Below, piece after piece: positions 12,850-25,749 of a DNA stretch of 64,000 bases (positions are counted from its first letter, which is position 1; every line of letters starts with the position of its first letter). Origin of the DNA: Callorhinchus milii. Lineage: Eukaryota. The DNA is taken from assembly GCF_018977255.1 (NCBI RefSeq), contig NW_024704756.1, positions 6,882,001-6,946,000 on the forward strand. Reading direction: 5' to 3'. Under the pieces are notes generated by a model. The model worked only from the letters and a program-made list of their open reading frames with translations. It made no database searches and was not told where the DNA came from. Both the position numbers and the translations under genes were made by a program.

Positions 12850-13142
12850 TGTCACTGCAGTGCAGCGCTGGGCTATAAAGCGGGTCCTGTCGTCCTTCAG
12901 ATGAGCCATTAACCCGAGGTTCCATTTACTGCTCAGATGATGTTAACGATCCCATGGCACTATTCACAAAGCGAAGTGAGTTTCTCTCAGGATCCTGGCC
13001 AACAATTCTCCAAGTTAATTAGTCATTCAACCCATGGCTGTTTGTGGAATCTTGCTGGTGTAAATTGGCTGACACGTTTGCCTACAGTGAAGAGTTACTG
13101 CACTGTAATTTACAAAGAAGTGCAAGTATTAGGATTATTAGG
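12850..13142 (+). mobile_element. Older Deu-type SINE
   Basis: GTCCTTCAGATGAG...GATCCCATGGCACTATTC...CTGTTTGTGGAATCTTGCT. Confidence 0.78.
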
Positions 13143-14810
13143 ATAAGTAATTATGCACCCTCTGTTGCATTTTTTTTCACAAATTTGTAGCTGGCAGAGT
13201 AACTGAATGCACACAGAAAAGGTAACCTACAACTCCTGATAAGTTTTTATAGCTGACTGACAGCCTTTGAAAGTTGTTTTGATTCATTAAATAGAGGGTG
13301 TTTCACCAGTGATGGTGAGATATGGAAGTTCTCTTACAAGACTTATAACTCATACCCTCCATGCATAAATGAGTTGCCATAGCCTTTCATACAAGTAAAA
13401 TAATGCCTGAATTTCACAGTCACTTGCTGAAGTATTCCGTTTAATCTAAGCGTGTGTGTAGCTTCTGATAGAATCTTAAGAGCATGTTTAAATTATCTGG
13501 TTGGTGCTGCCTACTCTTATTAAAAATGATCATTTTTGCTTTTAATCTGTGATCTGAGTATCAGTCCTATGAACATCTAAATTACAATTCATGCCCACAG
13601 AAAAAAAATACGAGTCTCTTCAATTTCATAGATTCTTTTTAAGGTGTCGCCAAATTCACCGTTGCGTTTACTTTTATTTGATTTAATGGAAATAACTCCT
13701 ATTCTGGATTCATCTTCAGATCTAGAATATTTATCACTTTGGCTTTTCTATTTCATATTTAAAACTAGTACCTGTGTGTTCCTAGAGCTCAACACTGATC
13801 ATGTGGAATCTTCCCATCCAAAGAGGTCAGTGCTATTCAGGTGTCCTTCCCATTTCACAAGATCACAAGATTAGTCTGGATCAAAAAGGCCCTTCGGTCC
13901 ATCCGATCTCATCCTTCTAGAATTCACACTCTCTTATCCTCCCTTCACTGCATCAAGCTGGTGCTGGAAAAAGAGGCACAAAATACATTAAAAACAGAAA
14001 ATGATCCCCTCTTATAAGCGGAATCCAAAATGCCAGCGGCTTTTCCGCCTGGTTTAGGTGCAACCACTGCACTGAAATTTCAATGTACATTTTAATCTCA
14101 TTCTTAAAAAGGAACAGAATGTCTTTAGAAATAGTGCATTAAGGTAGCGACAATAAAAGAGGAGCCCTTGCTTCTATTATATTCTGTCACAGCAATCCAC
14201 TAGTTGCCAACAATTCAAACACAATTCAGATTGACAATGGTGGTGATGGTAGAGGCGAAGAGACAGAGCAAAGTTTAGAAAGAAAAATTGGATCTGAAAA
14301 GCAATTTTCAGCTATTTTATGTGGTAAATAGGGATTGTGTGCGCCAAAGAGCATGACCCCAAAATCATCATGAAAGCTGCTGGAAATAAGAAGATGCTCT
14401 AACAAAATCTGAATCAGGTCTAACTCTGGTAAAAGGTGTGTGGGTATAATATACCTGCATACCTCTTGGCTGTGTAGGTCAAATAATCAAGAGTAGTGCC
14501 TCACCAGTTTCCCCAAGCATCTAAACATAATCAACTGTTTGTGGTACCTTAGTAAAACTCGTATCCTTTTGCATTGCAGAAAAGGCCACACTCAATGTGT
14601 GAAGATTGATGTTACTGCCAGTTATTGTTAAACCCTCTGCTCCTTATGATTGACTGTAGACCTGCATTTTCAAAGCCTCAGCATTCATTTCAGAAAGCGT
14701 GCAAGTGTCTGCCTGATATTTAAGTTATGAAACAATGACACATACAAAGCATGAGGTTGTCCTTCATATTAGCCATGATCACCCACGATTTTGTTGATAT
14801 ATTAATATTT

Positions 14811-15022
14811 ATAATAATAATAATCCTTGCATTTGATATAGCGCTTTTCACGTCAGGAGGACGTCCCAAAGCGCTTCACAGAACACACTGTAAAGTGAAT
14901 TGACTGTATATTTGTGGGCGAACGCGGCAGCCAATTGCGCACAGCAATGTCCCACAAACAGTCGTAGATTGAAAATGACCAATTTAATTATTGTTTTTGG
15001 TTTTTGGAGGGATTATTATTAT
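14811..15022 (-). mobile_element. tRNA-derived SINE, short form, 5'-truncated
   Basis: Nearly identical to the reverse complement of 44605-44817. Confidence 0.92.
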
Positions 15023-16704
15023 TTTTAGCTGTTAATATCATAATTTGCCAATTTTGGAATCTAGCGGTAGAAAGTCAAAATACCTGTGACAGCATGACTT
15101 ATCCTGGATTCAAAACATCTCCCCAGACACTTCTCTCACCCATTCAAACCCACAAAACACACACACACACTATCATTGATAGAGTTCATGAAGCAGAGTC
15201 TTTCTCAAGCTATTTTACATTTGTGATACTTAGCTCAATTTCGCCCATAAAATAAACAGTCAATCCGCTTGATAGTATATCCTGTGAAGCACTATGAGAC
15301 ATCTCGATGATGTTATGAAGTGCTATATCAAATGCAAGCTTTATTATATCTGGTTACCAACTCAGTGGATCAAATTACAAATGCAAAGTGCATCAAAATG
15401 AGCTTCCAAAATTATCAAAATAATACAGAGTTCAGAACTTATATTTTTAACCATTATTTGCTTGATCTCCACCAAGAGAGAGCTTAAATTTGACAACTAT
15501 CTGAACTGTCCATTTGTTTCTCAACTCACTTCCAGCTCAATTCAAGTAATTAACTTGGACTCCAAGAGGAGGAGAGGGGGTTAAGAGGTGTAGTGGATCT
15601 CCTGTTATATGGGTCTGAAGAACCCAACAGAATTGACTGAAGTGACTGAGCTGCTTACCTTGTTCAGTAAGGGAATCCTTCAGCCACAGCTTGTTTACTA
15701 CTTCTTTGCATAAGAGAAACAATGTAAGCCAGGGTTAAGTCATCCCCTTTCTACAAGAATGTGAGAAGCTACAGACAATGAAACTACAATGATTGATTGC
15801 TATGGTTACTGTTCTTTCATCTGTCAAAGAAAAATAGATGACATTCAATTCTGGCTTTCATTTATCAATGAGCTATAAATATAAATGCAACTTCTAAGTT
15901 TTCAGTTGGAATACAATTTTTTTTTTTGGGGTGTGGGGGGGGGAAATCATCCGGGTGTCTGACACACGTGGAAACCCACCACCATGCTTAAGAATATCCA
16001 AACCATGCAGGTCCATGCATCCCACCTACACATGGAAATCTCAGAGATAGATTATTGGAATGGAATGCACACTCTCTGCCTGTAGGAACACATCCTGCTT
16101 ACCTAATTCCGGAAAGTTTGGCAAGAGCCAAGGCCTGGAGTCCCCAGAGTGTGCGTTGAGGTACTGCTGGAGTCTAACCACTGAAAACCACATAGCTTGC
16201 CATTGATATTTCTGTCCAGCAAGCTTTCCCGCTCCTTGTCCAGCTAGGACCATCATTAGGGATTTGGCGTGCAGGGTTAACAGGAGCTGAATGAGATGAT
16301 TCCCTAACCCCAGTGACTGGTCTGCCCTTCCAGGTCCGGCCAATGAGCCAGACTGGCTCATCACTAGTGCCTTGGAATACTAGGAACTCACTTGGCTCAG
16401 GAATCGGACTACCAAGACTGCCAGAGAGGGCTGGTTCAATTCTGACATTCCGTTGCCAGACATATCACCTTGGAGCCAGTTCAGCTCCAGGAGACCCTGC
16501 TTATAGATAGAATAGGAAGAAAAACTGGACAATGATAGATAAAGTTGATTCTCCACAGAACCCCAGCTCTATTAGTCCATGTTCTGCATCAGCAAGTAGC
16601 TATGTTTCAGATGACCCTAGGTTGAAATTATATATTCCTTGGAAATTAATTACGAAAACAAGTTACAAAAATACCTACTGGGGCCTTTTCCTAGCTAATT
16701 CAAA

Positions 16705-16965
16705 TCTCAGTTTGACTCAGCTGGTAGCACTCGTGCTTCTGAGTCAGAAACTCATGGTCTAGGCTGACAGTGCACTGTAGTATTGGCGTGTGAGACATTG
16801 TCGCAGTTTCAGACGAGACATTAAGCCTTTCTTTTCAGATGGATGTTAAAGATTTGTGTGCAAATTGTCAACTGCAATGCCTGCAAAATACACATATACA
16901 CTTTGAGGCATCCTCCTGGCATGAAAGTTTCTATATTAAATATAAGGATTATTTATTTTATTATT
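16705..16965 (+). mobile_element. Older Deu-type SINE, internally deleted
   Basis: GACTCAGCTGGTAGCACTCGTGCTTCTGAGTCAGAA...CAGATGGATGTTAAAGAT plus tail. Confidence 0.72.
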
Positions 16966-17284
16966 TTAATTAAATGTTTTGCTTCAAACAACTTGAGTTG
17001 ATTTGTTTCCCTCTTGTGATGATTTCTTTATGTAGTATAGCAGGAACATTGTTGTCCTCTAGAAAGACCTGATTATTCGGAACTCTCTTTAACCAGCTGG
17101 GGAAAAGGTAATTGAAAGAATTGAATGAGAATCCTGCCTACACAGAAAATAAAAATGGTAATTCTTTGGTAATAGTTCTATGTGAACAAAATCTCCACAA
17201 GTGCACATCCCTCAAAGTTTCTCAACCAGTTTCTTCACAAAAATGTATCAATTATCAAATTTCTAAAACAGCTTAAAATGTAAA

Positions 17285-17535
17285 AGAATGTTTTAGGAGG
17301 AATGTCTTTACACAGAGGGTGGCAAAAATTGGGAGTCACTGTCATATGTTATGGTTTAAGCAGAAAGCATAAACGTATTTAAGAGGAAGCATGATGCACG
17401 CATGATGGAGAAGGGAACAGAGGGTTGTAGGAGAGGGGAATAGTAGGGATCGAGGTTTAGACGAAAATAAACACCACCACTGACCAGTTGGGCCAAATGG
17501 TGTGCTTTTGTGATAAAGTCTATGTAATTGTATGT
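17285..17535 (+). mobile_element. CR1 LINE 3' fragment
   Basis: TCTTTACACAGAGGGTGG...GACCAGTTGGGCCAAATGG...TCTATGTAATTGTATG. Confidence 0.75.
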
Positions 17536-18542
17536 GTTATGAATGTGCAGAAGAATACATGCTTGTGGGTTAGAAAATTGAATGATGTATGCTTCAAGGT
17601 AGTTTGTGTTTTAGAAAGGTAATAATTACACATTTCTTATTCAGAAATTTGTTTAGAAGTATCACAAATTAGACCCTATAACAATACTGTATATAAATGG
17701 ATTTGTTTAGCATTAATATTTCTGAATTAGTGCTAGATTGTTGGGTGGTACTGTGCTGGGCCCACCAATATAATGGAAACAAAGCTTCCTAGACTCCTGA
17801 GTCCTCCAAGTGATCAGATGGAAGAAATTGAGCAAGTATCTATGCCACTTTGATTTCAGTACATGAGCAAAGCAGCATCAAGATGATACTAGAAATGTCA
17901 CCAAAGTGTAGATACATTTGTAAATAGATCCCTTGGAGTTTATCAATCTGCAGTATTGTGCTGTTAGAGTCCATAAAACTACTGTATGAACAAATTCTGT
18001 TTGAATAGAGCATATTTTGCAAATGCTTTGGAAAGGTGATTGATAATTAATTTTTAATTTGGAAGTGGCTTGAAAATAGACAAATAAATAAAAATTCAAT
18101 ACACCCTCGCGATTATTTTGCACTTTTTGAAGTGTGTGCCAGGGTGTTAATCAAATATAATTTGTATAAAAGCATATACGATGACATGAATAACATTTAA
18201 ATATTTAAAGGAATGTTTTAAAATATTCACCACATCATTTGACTGCTCAATATCTGCTCTTGTACATTTTTGAAGAAAAGATCAATACTGTGTAGCTTAA
18301 ATTAAATTTTTCCCACCTTTAGAGCTAAAACACATTTTTAAAAGTCTGGATATGTAGACACACAATTTACACCATGATTTATTTTTAATTTGGTCCCTGA
18401 GGATAAATAAAATAATTTTTGTTTTGGCCAAAGCATTAAGAAACCATTTAGTCCTCTGGGGTGATGGTACATTTAATGAGTGTGTGTTCATTTATGAAAC
18501 AACCCTTTTGATTGCAGCGATGAAAGAAGTTCTAATCCTTTA

Positions 18543-18614
18543 CAACACAACAACAACAACAAAATTACATTTATAGAGCACCTTTTACGTCGGGAGGACG
18601 TCCCAAAGCACTGA
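18543..18614 (-). mobile_element. L2 3' tail only
   Basis: (CAA)n-AAATTACATTTATAGAGCACCTTTTACGTCGGGAGGACGTCCC, matching the tail at 6246. Confidence 0.85.
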
Positions 18615-19160
18615 AATGGATGTAGATTTTCTTCTGATACTTTATGCAGTGCATTGCAGCCAAATCAGGCAGATCAAAGGAGTAGGACCTAGCCTTTGGC
18701 AATAGAAGAAATACTAAATATAACCTGTAACAGTTTTATCAAGACACAAAATGTCCAATTTATTCAATTATTTTCAGCCGAAGCTTTTCGACAGCCATGG
18801 CCCATGAGACAAACTTTGTGTATCACTTTCTTGTCCCAAATTGAACCATTGTTAAGTGTCACTCCAATAGTAACATACATTATTTGTAGGTGATTCCTTT
18901 GAGCTTTCCTTTGTATTTTACTACGTTAATCTACAAAGATCACTGTGATAGATTCAGGCATTTTACATGACCTTTGGGAGGCAATGGTACAAGTTGTATG
19001 AATGTCAATTAATGCTCTGGATTTTGGAAACAATTGAAGGTTGAAATTAGCTTGGGGGTAGCTATGGGCGAGGTGCAATGTTGTGTGTACACTTACTCCG
19101 GCTGCCCAGACTTATTGGGATGGGGGGTTGGGGGGGAAATCCAGTCCGGCAGGTGTAATT

Positions 19161-19560
19161 ACAAAAAGAAAAATACTGCAGATGCTGGAAATCTGAAATA
19201 AAAACAGAAGTCGCTGGGATCACGCAGCAGGTTAGGCATCATCTACGGAGAGAAGAAAGTGAGTTAACGTTTCAGGTCGATGACCTTTTGTCAGAACTGG
19301 GGGACGTTGGAAAGGAGCAGATTATAAGGACAAGCAGAGAAGGTGGCAGGGAAAGAAAGACAAAGAAAACATTTAGGTGGAGGACAGAAGATGACGAGAT
19401 CAGAGGTGTTGATGTGCAAGACAAAAGAAGGCAATAGTGGGAGATTACGGAAAAGATGCATCTGAAAATCCAGATGATGTGTGAATGGTTATAGAATAGA
19501 TGGAGGGGGAGGCAAGCCTGAAAGAAGATGGGAGCTGTGTTTAAGGTCTGAAATGGTTAA
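19161..19560 (-). mobile_element. Penelope-like 3' terminal (pLTR) copy, tandem with the adjacent element
   Basis: AAATACTGCAGATGCTGGAAATCT...AACGTTTCAGGTC at 19171-19278 is repeated at 19580-19688. Confidence 0.85.
19262..19298 (-). ncRNA. Miniature type I hammerhead ribozyme motif (G8>A, probably inactive)
   Basis: Minus strand AGTT-CTGACAA-A-AGGTC ATC GACCT-GAAA-CGTT-AACT gives stem I, core, stem II and a palindromic stem III. Confidence 0.75.
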
Positions 19561-19570
19561 AATCAATGAA

Positions 19571-20768
19571 CAAAACACAAAATACTGCAGATGCTGGAAA
19601 TCTCAAACAAAAACAGAGAGAGCTGGGAAAACTCAACAGGTCAGGCAGCATCTATGGAGAAAGGAAAGTGAGTCAACGTTTCGGGTCCACGAATCTGTGT
19701 TTGGTCTCCCTTATGTAGACGAGACCACATTGTGAGCAGTGAATAAATTGGTGGAAGTACATGGAAATCGCTGTCTCACCCGGTAGCAGAGTTTGGAGCC
19801 CTGGACAGTGGTATCGGAGGAGGTGAATGGGCAGGTGTTGCATCTCCTGCCCTGGCATGGGAAGGTTGCAGGGGAAAGAGAGCAGGTGTTAGTGGTGATG
19901 GAGGAGTGGGCCAGGGAGTCAAGGGGGGAGTGGTACCTTCGGAATGCTAATAGTGGAGGGGATGGAAAAATGGGTTTGATGGTGGGATCACGCTGGAGGT
20001 GGCAGAAATAGTGTAGGATTATCCGTTGAATGTGAAGGCTGGAGGGGAGGAAAGTGAGGACTAGGGGGAAGCTGTCAAGGTTCTGGGAGGGAAAGAAAGG
20101 GTGAGGCAAACGTACGGGAAATAGGACAGACACGGTTGAGGGCCCTGTCTGCCATGATGGAGGGGAATCCTAGGCTGACGAAAAAGGAGGACATTTCAAA
20201 AGCTTTGGTGTGGAAGGTGGCTTTGTCAGAGCAGGTGCGGCGGAGGTGGAGAAACTGGAAGAAGGGAATGGAGTCCTTACAGGAAGTGGGGTGGGAAGAA
20301 GAAGAACAACAAAATTACATTTGTATAGTGCCTTTCACCTTAGGAGGACGTCCCAACATGAAAGACGTTATACAAATGTGATTTTGTTGCATTTGTAAAA
20401 AAAGGGCATTCAAGGTAGCGGTGGGAGTTGGTGGGCTTGTAATAAACATCCGTTGATAGTCTATGCCCCGAGATGGAGATAGATAAATCGAGGAAAGGAA
20501 GGGAAGAGTCAGAGATGGACCATATGAAGGTAAAGGAGGGACAGAAGTTGGAAGCAAAGTTAATGATCTTTTCCAGCTGAGGGTGAGAGCTCAAAGTAGC
20601 ACCAACACTGTCTTCAATGCACTGGAAGAATAGGTCAGGGAGGGGACCAGAGTAGGACTGGAACAAAAATGGTTCAATATATCCTACAAAAAGGCAGATA
20701 GGTAGGACCCATGTGGGTATCCATAGTGACACCTTTTATTTTGAGGAAGTGAATGGAGTTAAGTGAGT
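19571..20768 (-). mobile_element. Penelope-like element (RT and GIY-YIG remnants, internally deleted)
   Basis: Minus frames give KGVTMDTHMGPTY, CLFVGYIE, LPFLDLSISI, TDVYYKPTNSHRYL (PLE RT) and CSQCGLVYIRETKHR (GIY-YIG). A PLE terminal repeat lies at 19571-19690. Confidence 0.9.
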
Positions 20769-22887
20769 GGAGTGTAATTACAATGTAAGTACCGACATTT
20801 ACTTTTTTTCTCGACATTGGCCTTGTTCGGTACCGAATTATACTGATTAAATGCATTAAATTGTTTGAACAGAAGATAACAAATGAACTATTTTCTGCTC
20901 ACGGGATTCAATCTGATTCAAAGTCCATATCCCTGGCCACCTTAGATTTTGACTGTAAGATGCTAAACAAAGAGAGAAAGTAAAGCCAGAACAATAGTTA
21001 AGATATACCAAAACAAAAGGCCACAATCTTGAGTTTATAAAATGCATCGGAAAGTATTTCTTTAAAACTGGAATGATAGTGAAGAAATGTCTCTTATGTT
21101 ACATGTCCATTTAAAAGAATTAAACATATATTGATATTTGTAGATTTTGCAAGACGAATCGTTGATACTGAAATGTCTTGCATCCCTTCGGTTCCTGAGC
21201 AGAAGGCAATAGAAATGTAATCATATAAATCAAAGTTATTGTTCAATCGGTGTATATTTGCAGGTTTGGTTTGCAACGAAGGAGAAAAGCTTGTGAATAA
21301 GTCAATGAACCCATCACAACCTTGCAGCTTAGATTGGTTTACAGATAATTCTTTGACCCTGTGATTTAGAGCAGAAAACAAAGTGGATCCAACACAATTG
21401 AGTCCATCAATGTCGTAACATTGCCTACATTAATTAGCAAGGGTATGACGTATAGCTTGGTCACCTATAGACCAAATGTAGACCAAGGTTGAGAGGCACA
21501 TGTTTAGTCCTTTATCAAACCCTGAGTTTTTTAGTTATATTTCATTCTATTTAGCAAGATTTCTTCTATACTTTTATATACTTTTACATATGTGACATAA
21601 TAAAATCTTAAGTGCTGTATTCAATAGGTTCTGAGATCCAATTTAATTCCAGTATTTCTTCATACATCAAGATATATATTACTCACATATGGCTGCAGAG
21701 CACTGAAGCTGAATAAAATATATGACTTGTCATATTGTGCTTAAAATTGGACATGAAAGTTCATTTAAGATTAAGACACATGAAAATTAAACAATTTTAA
21801 TTAAAACATTAAAATTGCTTCTGTTAATTCTCACCTTTATGCTGAAGAGACTTGAGGATTTAGGGTAAAATGATTTGAAATTAAAATCAAAATGATGGGT
21901 ACCTTGACACTCTGAAGGTTTTGACAGGGTTTGTAAAGAGAAGTTAATTCCACTTGTTGGGGTGGTGGTTTATTCTTAGAGCCAAAGCAGTCAAGGGCTG
22001 AATAGCCTCCTTCTGCAAGGTAAATTTCTACGTTTGTATGAAGCATGCTTCAATTCCGAATTGCTCGCATGTAACCAAATAGTAGCTGAAAAATGGGGAG
22101 AGAAAGGGAGGAGAAATGACAAGCAATTACACATCAGACTTTTGTTTTAAACAGCACTTCAATTTCATGGAAGAAAAGATCAAGAACCAACAATATATTG
22201 CTGGAATACACTTCCCAAGTGAGTTCTAAAAATAGCAAAGTTTGGTTACATCATTCAGCATATTCCCAAGATATCAACTTCATCTTTATGAAAAAAAATG
22301 CATGAAGTCACTAAGAGCATGTAATTAGAAGAGCTTTCACACATGGTCAGAAAACTTGAAACCCAGCTAATGATTCATTGTTAGAGACGTTTGTCATGAA
22401 TTCATGACATTACCAATGAAGCTGAGATATAAATCAGGATTGAGAGAGTGGGGACCACGCTTGAGCCCTGTTCCTGATACAACTTGAAGCAAGTGGTTTC
22501 AGGAGCAGTTCAAGTAACACTCAATACAATGCATTGCTTGGGGACATGCAACAGACCATTTTGAGTGCTATTAAAGAGCTGATTGTGCAGCCAGCTCGAT
22601 TTCAATGTTTTGAGCATGCATCGAACTGTACATGCAGAACAGCTCCAAAATTGGCTAGGTTTCAAATGTCTTACTGCTAGATAACACTGCTCCAACCAGA
22701 GGATCTAATTGTTTTCTTCTTATTTCAAAATGCTTTCATAGTTACTCTCGTGGAGTCTATGTCCAGTTCCGAGTAATTCACTCCATGGATTTGACCATTG
22801 GACTTTACAATAAAACTAGGAAAATATCCAGAATTCAATACCTTCCTCTCTATCACTATTCTTCTCTCCATTTTCTCTGCACAATTT

Positions 22888-23050
22888 ATAATAATAATAA
22901 TAAAATAATAATAATCCTTGCATTTGATATAATGCCTTATCACATCTTCGAGACGTCTCTAAGTGCATCGCAGAATATATTGTTAAGTGAATTGACTTTA
23001 TATTTTATGGGTGAAACACAGCAGTGTCCCACAAACAGTTGTGGATTAAA
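22888..23050 (-). mobile_element. SINE 3' part
   Basis: (AAT)n-CCTTGCATTTGATAT...CCCACAAACAG. Confidence 0.85.
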
Positions 23051-24179
23051 TTAATTTATACAAACTTATACAATTTATACAAACAATGGGAGGGGAAAGC
23101 AATTATACATTAGCCTTTTGCTTTTATGTATAACTCCACTTTAATGTAAGCAAACCTTCATGTAGTCAAATACACTTCTTCATTGTAATGTAAAAAGTCA
23201 ATTAAAACATTGAGTCAGCTTTAGTGGCCCAAAGAGCTGGTGAACCAGAAGGCCGAACAGTACTAGGTGAAGGTCTGAAAGTCACAGTGGGAATTAATAC
23301 CATAATCACAGTGCCTGTTGTGAATAGACCAGTCATTGAGTATTTACTTCAGAGACAGATAAGGACAAGGATTTTTACATGTCTCGAGGGTGTAACTCAA
23401 CTTCATTAATGACTATGCTTTGTAGCAGAAGATGTACATCTTGTTTGATTTGAGAATAATGCAACTTAAAAAAAAGTTTTTTTTATCACCTTCAGCATAT
23501 CAGCTTGATTCAATTGGTAACTTGCCTGTGTGTCAGTGCAAAGCTCAGTGTCAAAAACGCTGCTGGCTAGCTCTATAACTGCTTTTGGGAGAAAATATTT
23601 GAACAAAGTCAGGAGATGTTCACTGCGGCTGTTAGACTCTCAATGAATATCACTGGTGATAATTATCACATCGTACTCTGCAGTTTTCATCCCCTTATCA
23701 CACACTCTCCATATATCTTGTGTTTGGTTAGCTTTGTTGGCCGGAGCTTCACATTGCCTGGAATTGTTCAAAGATTTTTTTGAAAGAAAGAAATAAAGGA
23801 ATGCACCAACATCCTTGTCTTTCTTTGCCTTTGTGAAAGCAACACAGCAGAAAACAGAAACAGAAGCAGTTGTTTAATGTCATATCACTCGAACTGTTTG
23901 AAGGTGAGAACGTACTTTTAAATTCAACCTAAGAAAGCAAGATTTCTCTTGTGCTGAAATTTAATATTACAAGCTGTGCATATCTTAACATGATAACAGA
24001 TGCTTTTGAAAACATTGCAAAAATATTGCATTGCAAGTAAACTATTAAAATGCATGTGTTTAAATCTGGTTCAATTCTATTATTCTATCTGATCTTAGCC
24101 TTCTTTGTGTATTACCCATTCATCTATGTTGACTACACAAACAGCCCAAAAGGTAAATGTAATAATGTTCATGTGGAAA

Positions 24180-24312
24180 TATAATAATAATCTTTATATT
24201 TTTACGTCGCCTTTCACATCGGGAGGACGTCTCAAAGTGCTTTCACAGGAGATACTGTAAAGTGTAGTGAATGTGTGTTGTGGGCAATGATAGTAGCCAA
24301 TTTGCACACACA
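24180..24312 (-). mobile_element. SINE 3' part
   Basis: CCTTTCACATCGGGAGGACGTCTCAAAG...GCCAATTTGCACAC. Confidence 0.75.
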
Positions 24313-25200
24313 TAAAGGATTTTAAAAAATGGACAAATGTCCTTGAATATGACAGTCACAAAGGTTATTCAACTGTAAACTGAGAGCTTCATTATCACAG
24401 AAGCAAAGTAAAACATTCTGATGTTGCAGTTTTTCTTTCAAAATGAACCACATCAGTCACACATCATGGTTCCTATTTGAAATAAATCTGCAGTTTCTAT
24501 ACTATCTAGGGGTCCACTTGTCATCTGATCTATGCACTGTTGACAAGAGAGATAGATCTGCAGAATACAATTGGATCCTGATAAGCACAAAAAAAAAGCT
24601 TGCAGTTGCAGTTGAAACAGAATTGTATACCGTTTATGCCCTCCCATCAAATAGATCTGAAAGTGACCAGTTTTAAATATCTCTGATTCATTCTCATGCA
24701 TCATTCACTCTCCAGCCATATCAAAATTGAAGAAACATGAAACATGAACCAGCAGAGTACTTTAAAGATACATTAGTTTAGCTTGAAAAGGAGAGAAAGC
24801 AACACTTGTTAAGAGATTGTACAATAAACATTGACTTGCACGTATTCAACTCTTCCAAGCAAAATACTCAGTGAATATTTTAGATAGCTATTGGTCATAG
24901 ATGGAATGGCTATGATGACAACAAGGGCAAACAAGAGAGATGCAGAGAATCATTATCCTGTGTAGTTCTGTGATCTGAGCAAATCCTGATGAAAAAAAAT
25001 AAAGAGAAACTGTTACTTTCTACAGTGTGATTTTACTAATGACAAACATGTTGCTATTATTTGCACCAAACTTAAGATAAATACTAAAGATTACCACATC
25101 CGCAACAACTTGCACTGCACAGTCCCCCTTGTGTAGAGTAACATCTCAGAACTTTTAACATAGACTCTGCTGGATGTCAAGCAGGGGAGGAGGGAGATGA

Positions 25201-25310
25201 TTTCAGGTCGATGACGAAAGGTCATTAACCTGAAACATTAACTGACTTTCCTCTCTCCATAGATGCTGCCTGATCTGCTATGTGTTCCCAGCAACTTCTG
25301 GTTTTATTTA
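25201..25310 (+). mobile_element. Penelope terminal fragment with hammerhead remnant and inverted junction
   Basis: TGACGAAAGGTCATTAACCTGAAACATTAACT...GATGCTGCCTGATCTGCT is the reverse complement of the 19200-19290 family. Confidence 0.8.
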
Positions 25311-25749
25311 AGTAAATGGTAGGAACTGTTTGCCCTGTGCGATTACCTCCTCTATTTATAGATCTGGTTCTGCTTGAAATGTTAATGAATTGATTCCCCA
25401 ATGAGGATGCCACTATGTATTGAAGTAACCATAATGATTTATGATATATTGTGTTTTCACTTTAAGCATGTTCAGAGCAAAACATTAATTTCAATATGTG
25501 AAAATCTGGTATGGACATTTTACTAAGTTGATGTCCTGGCATTAGTTGTATGCTAAGTGACAGGACAGAACTAGTAAATATATGGTTTTATATTTATGCT
25601 GCATGATCTACATTGTAATTAATAACTTTAAAACTATATGACTCACACTTATGCATGTAATTGTCTTGATCTTCACCACAAATAAAAAGAGAATTATATT
25701 CCTATTTTTCTTTAAAAATAAAGCAAAAACTACATGAACTTCTTGAAAA

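Noticed and set aside
13612-13748. Open minus-strand frame KSQSDKYSRSEDESRIG...
   Set aside because: Weak acceptor and donor, and no recognisable homology.
14565-14632. LHCRKGHTQCVKI ankyrin-like peptide
   Set aside because: The spacing is wrong, a stop follows shortly, and there is no second repeat or usable donor.
21263-21296. CAG|GTTTGGTTTGCAACGAAGGAGAAA resembling a homeobox helix-3 exon (VWFxNRR)
   Set aside because: It needs three separate single-base indels and hits a stop within 11 codons, so it is probably chance.
22392-22409. 18-bp perfect palindrome TGTCATGAATTCATGACA
   Set aside because: A palindrome of this size is roughly expected by chance in 64 kb of AT-rich DNA.
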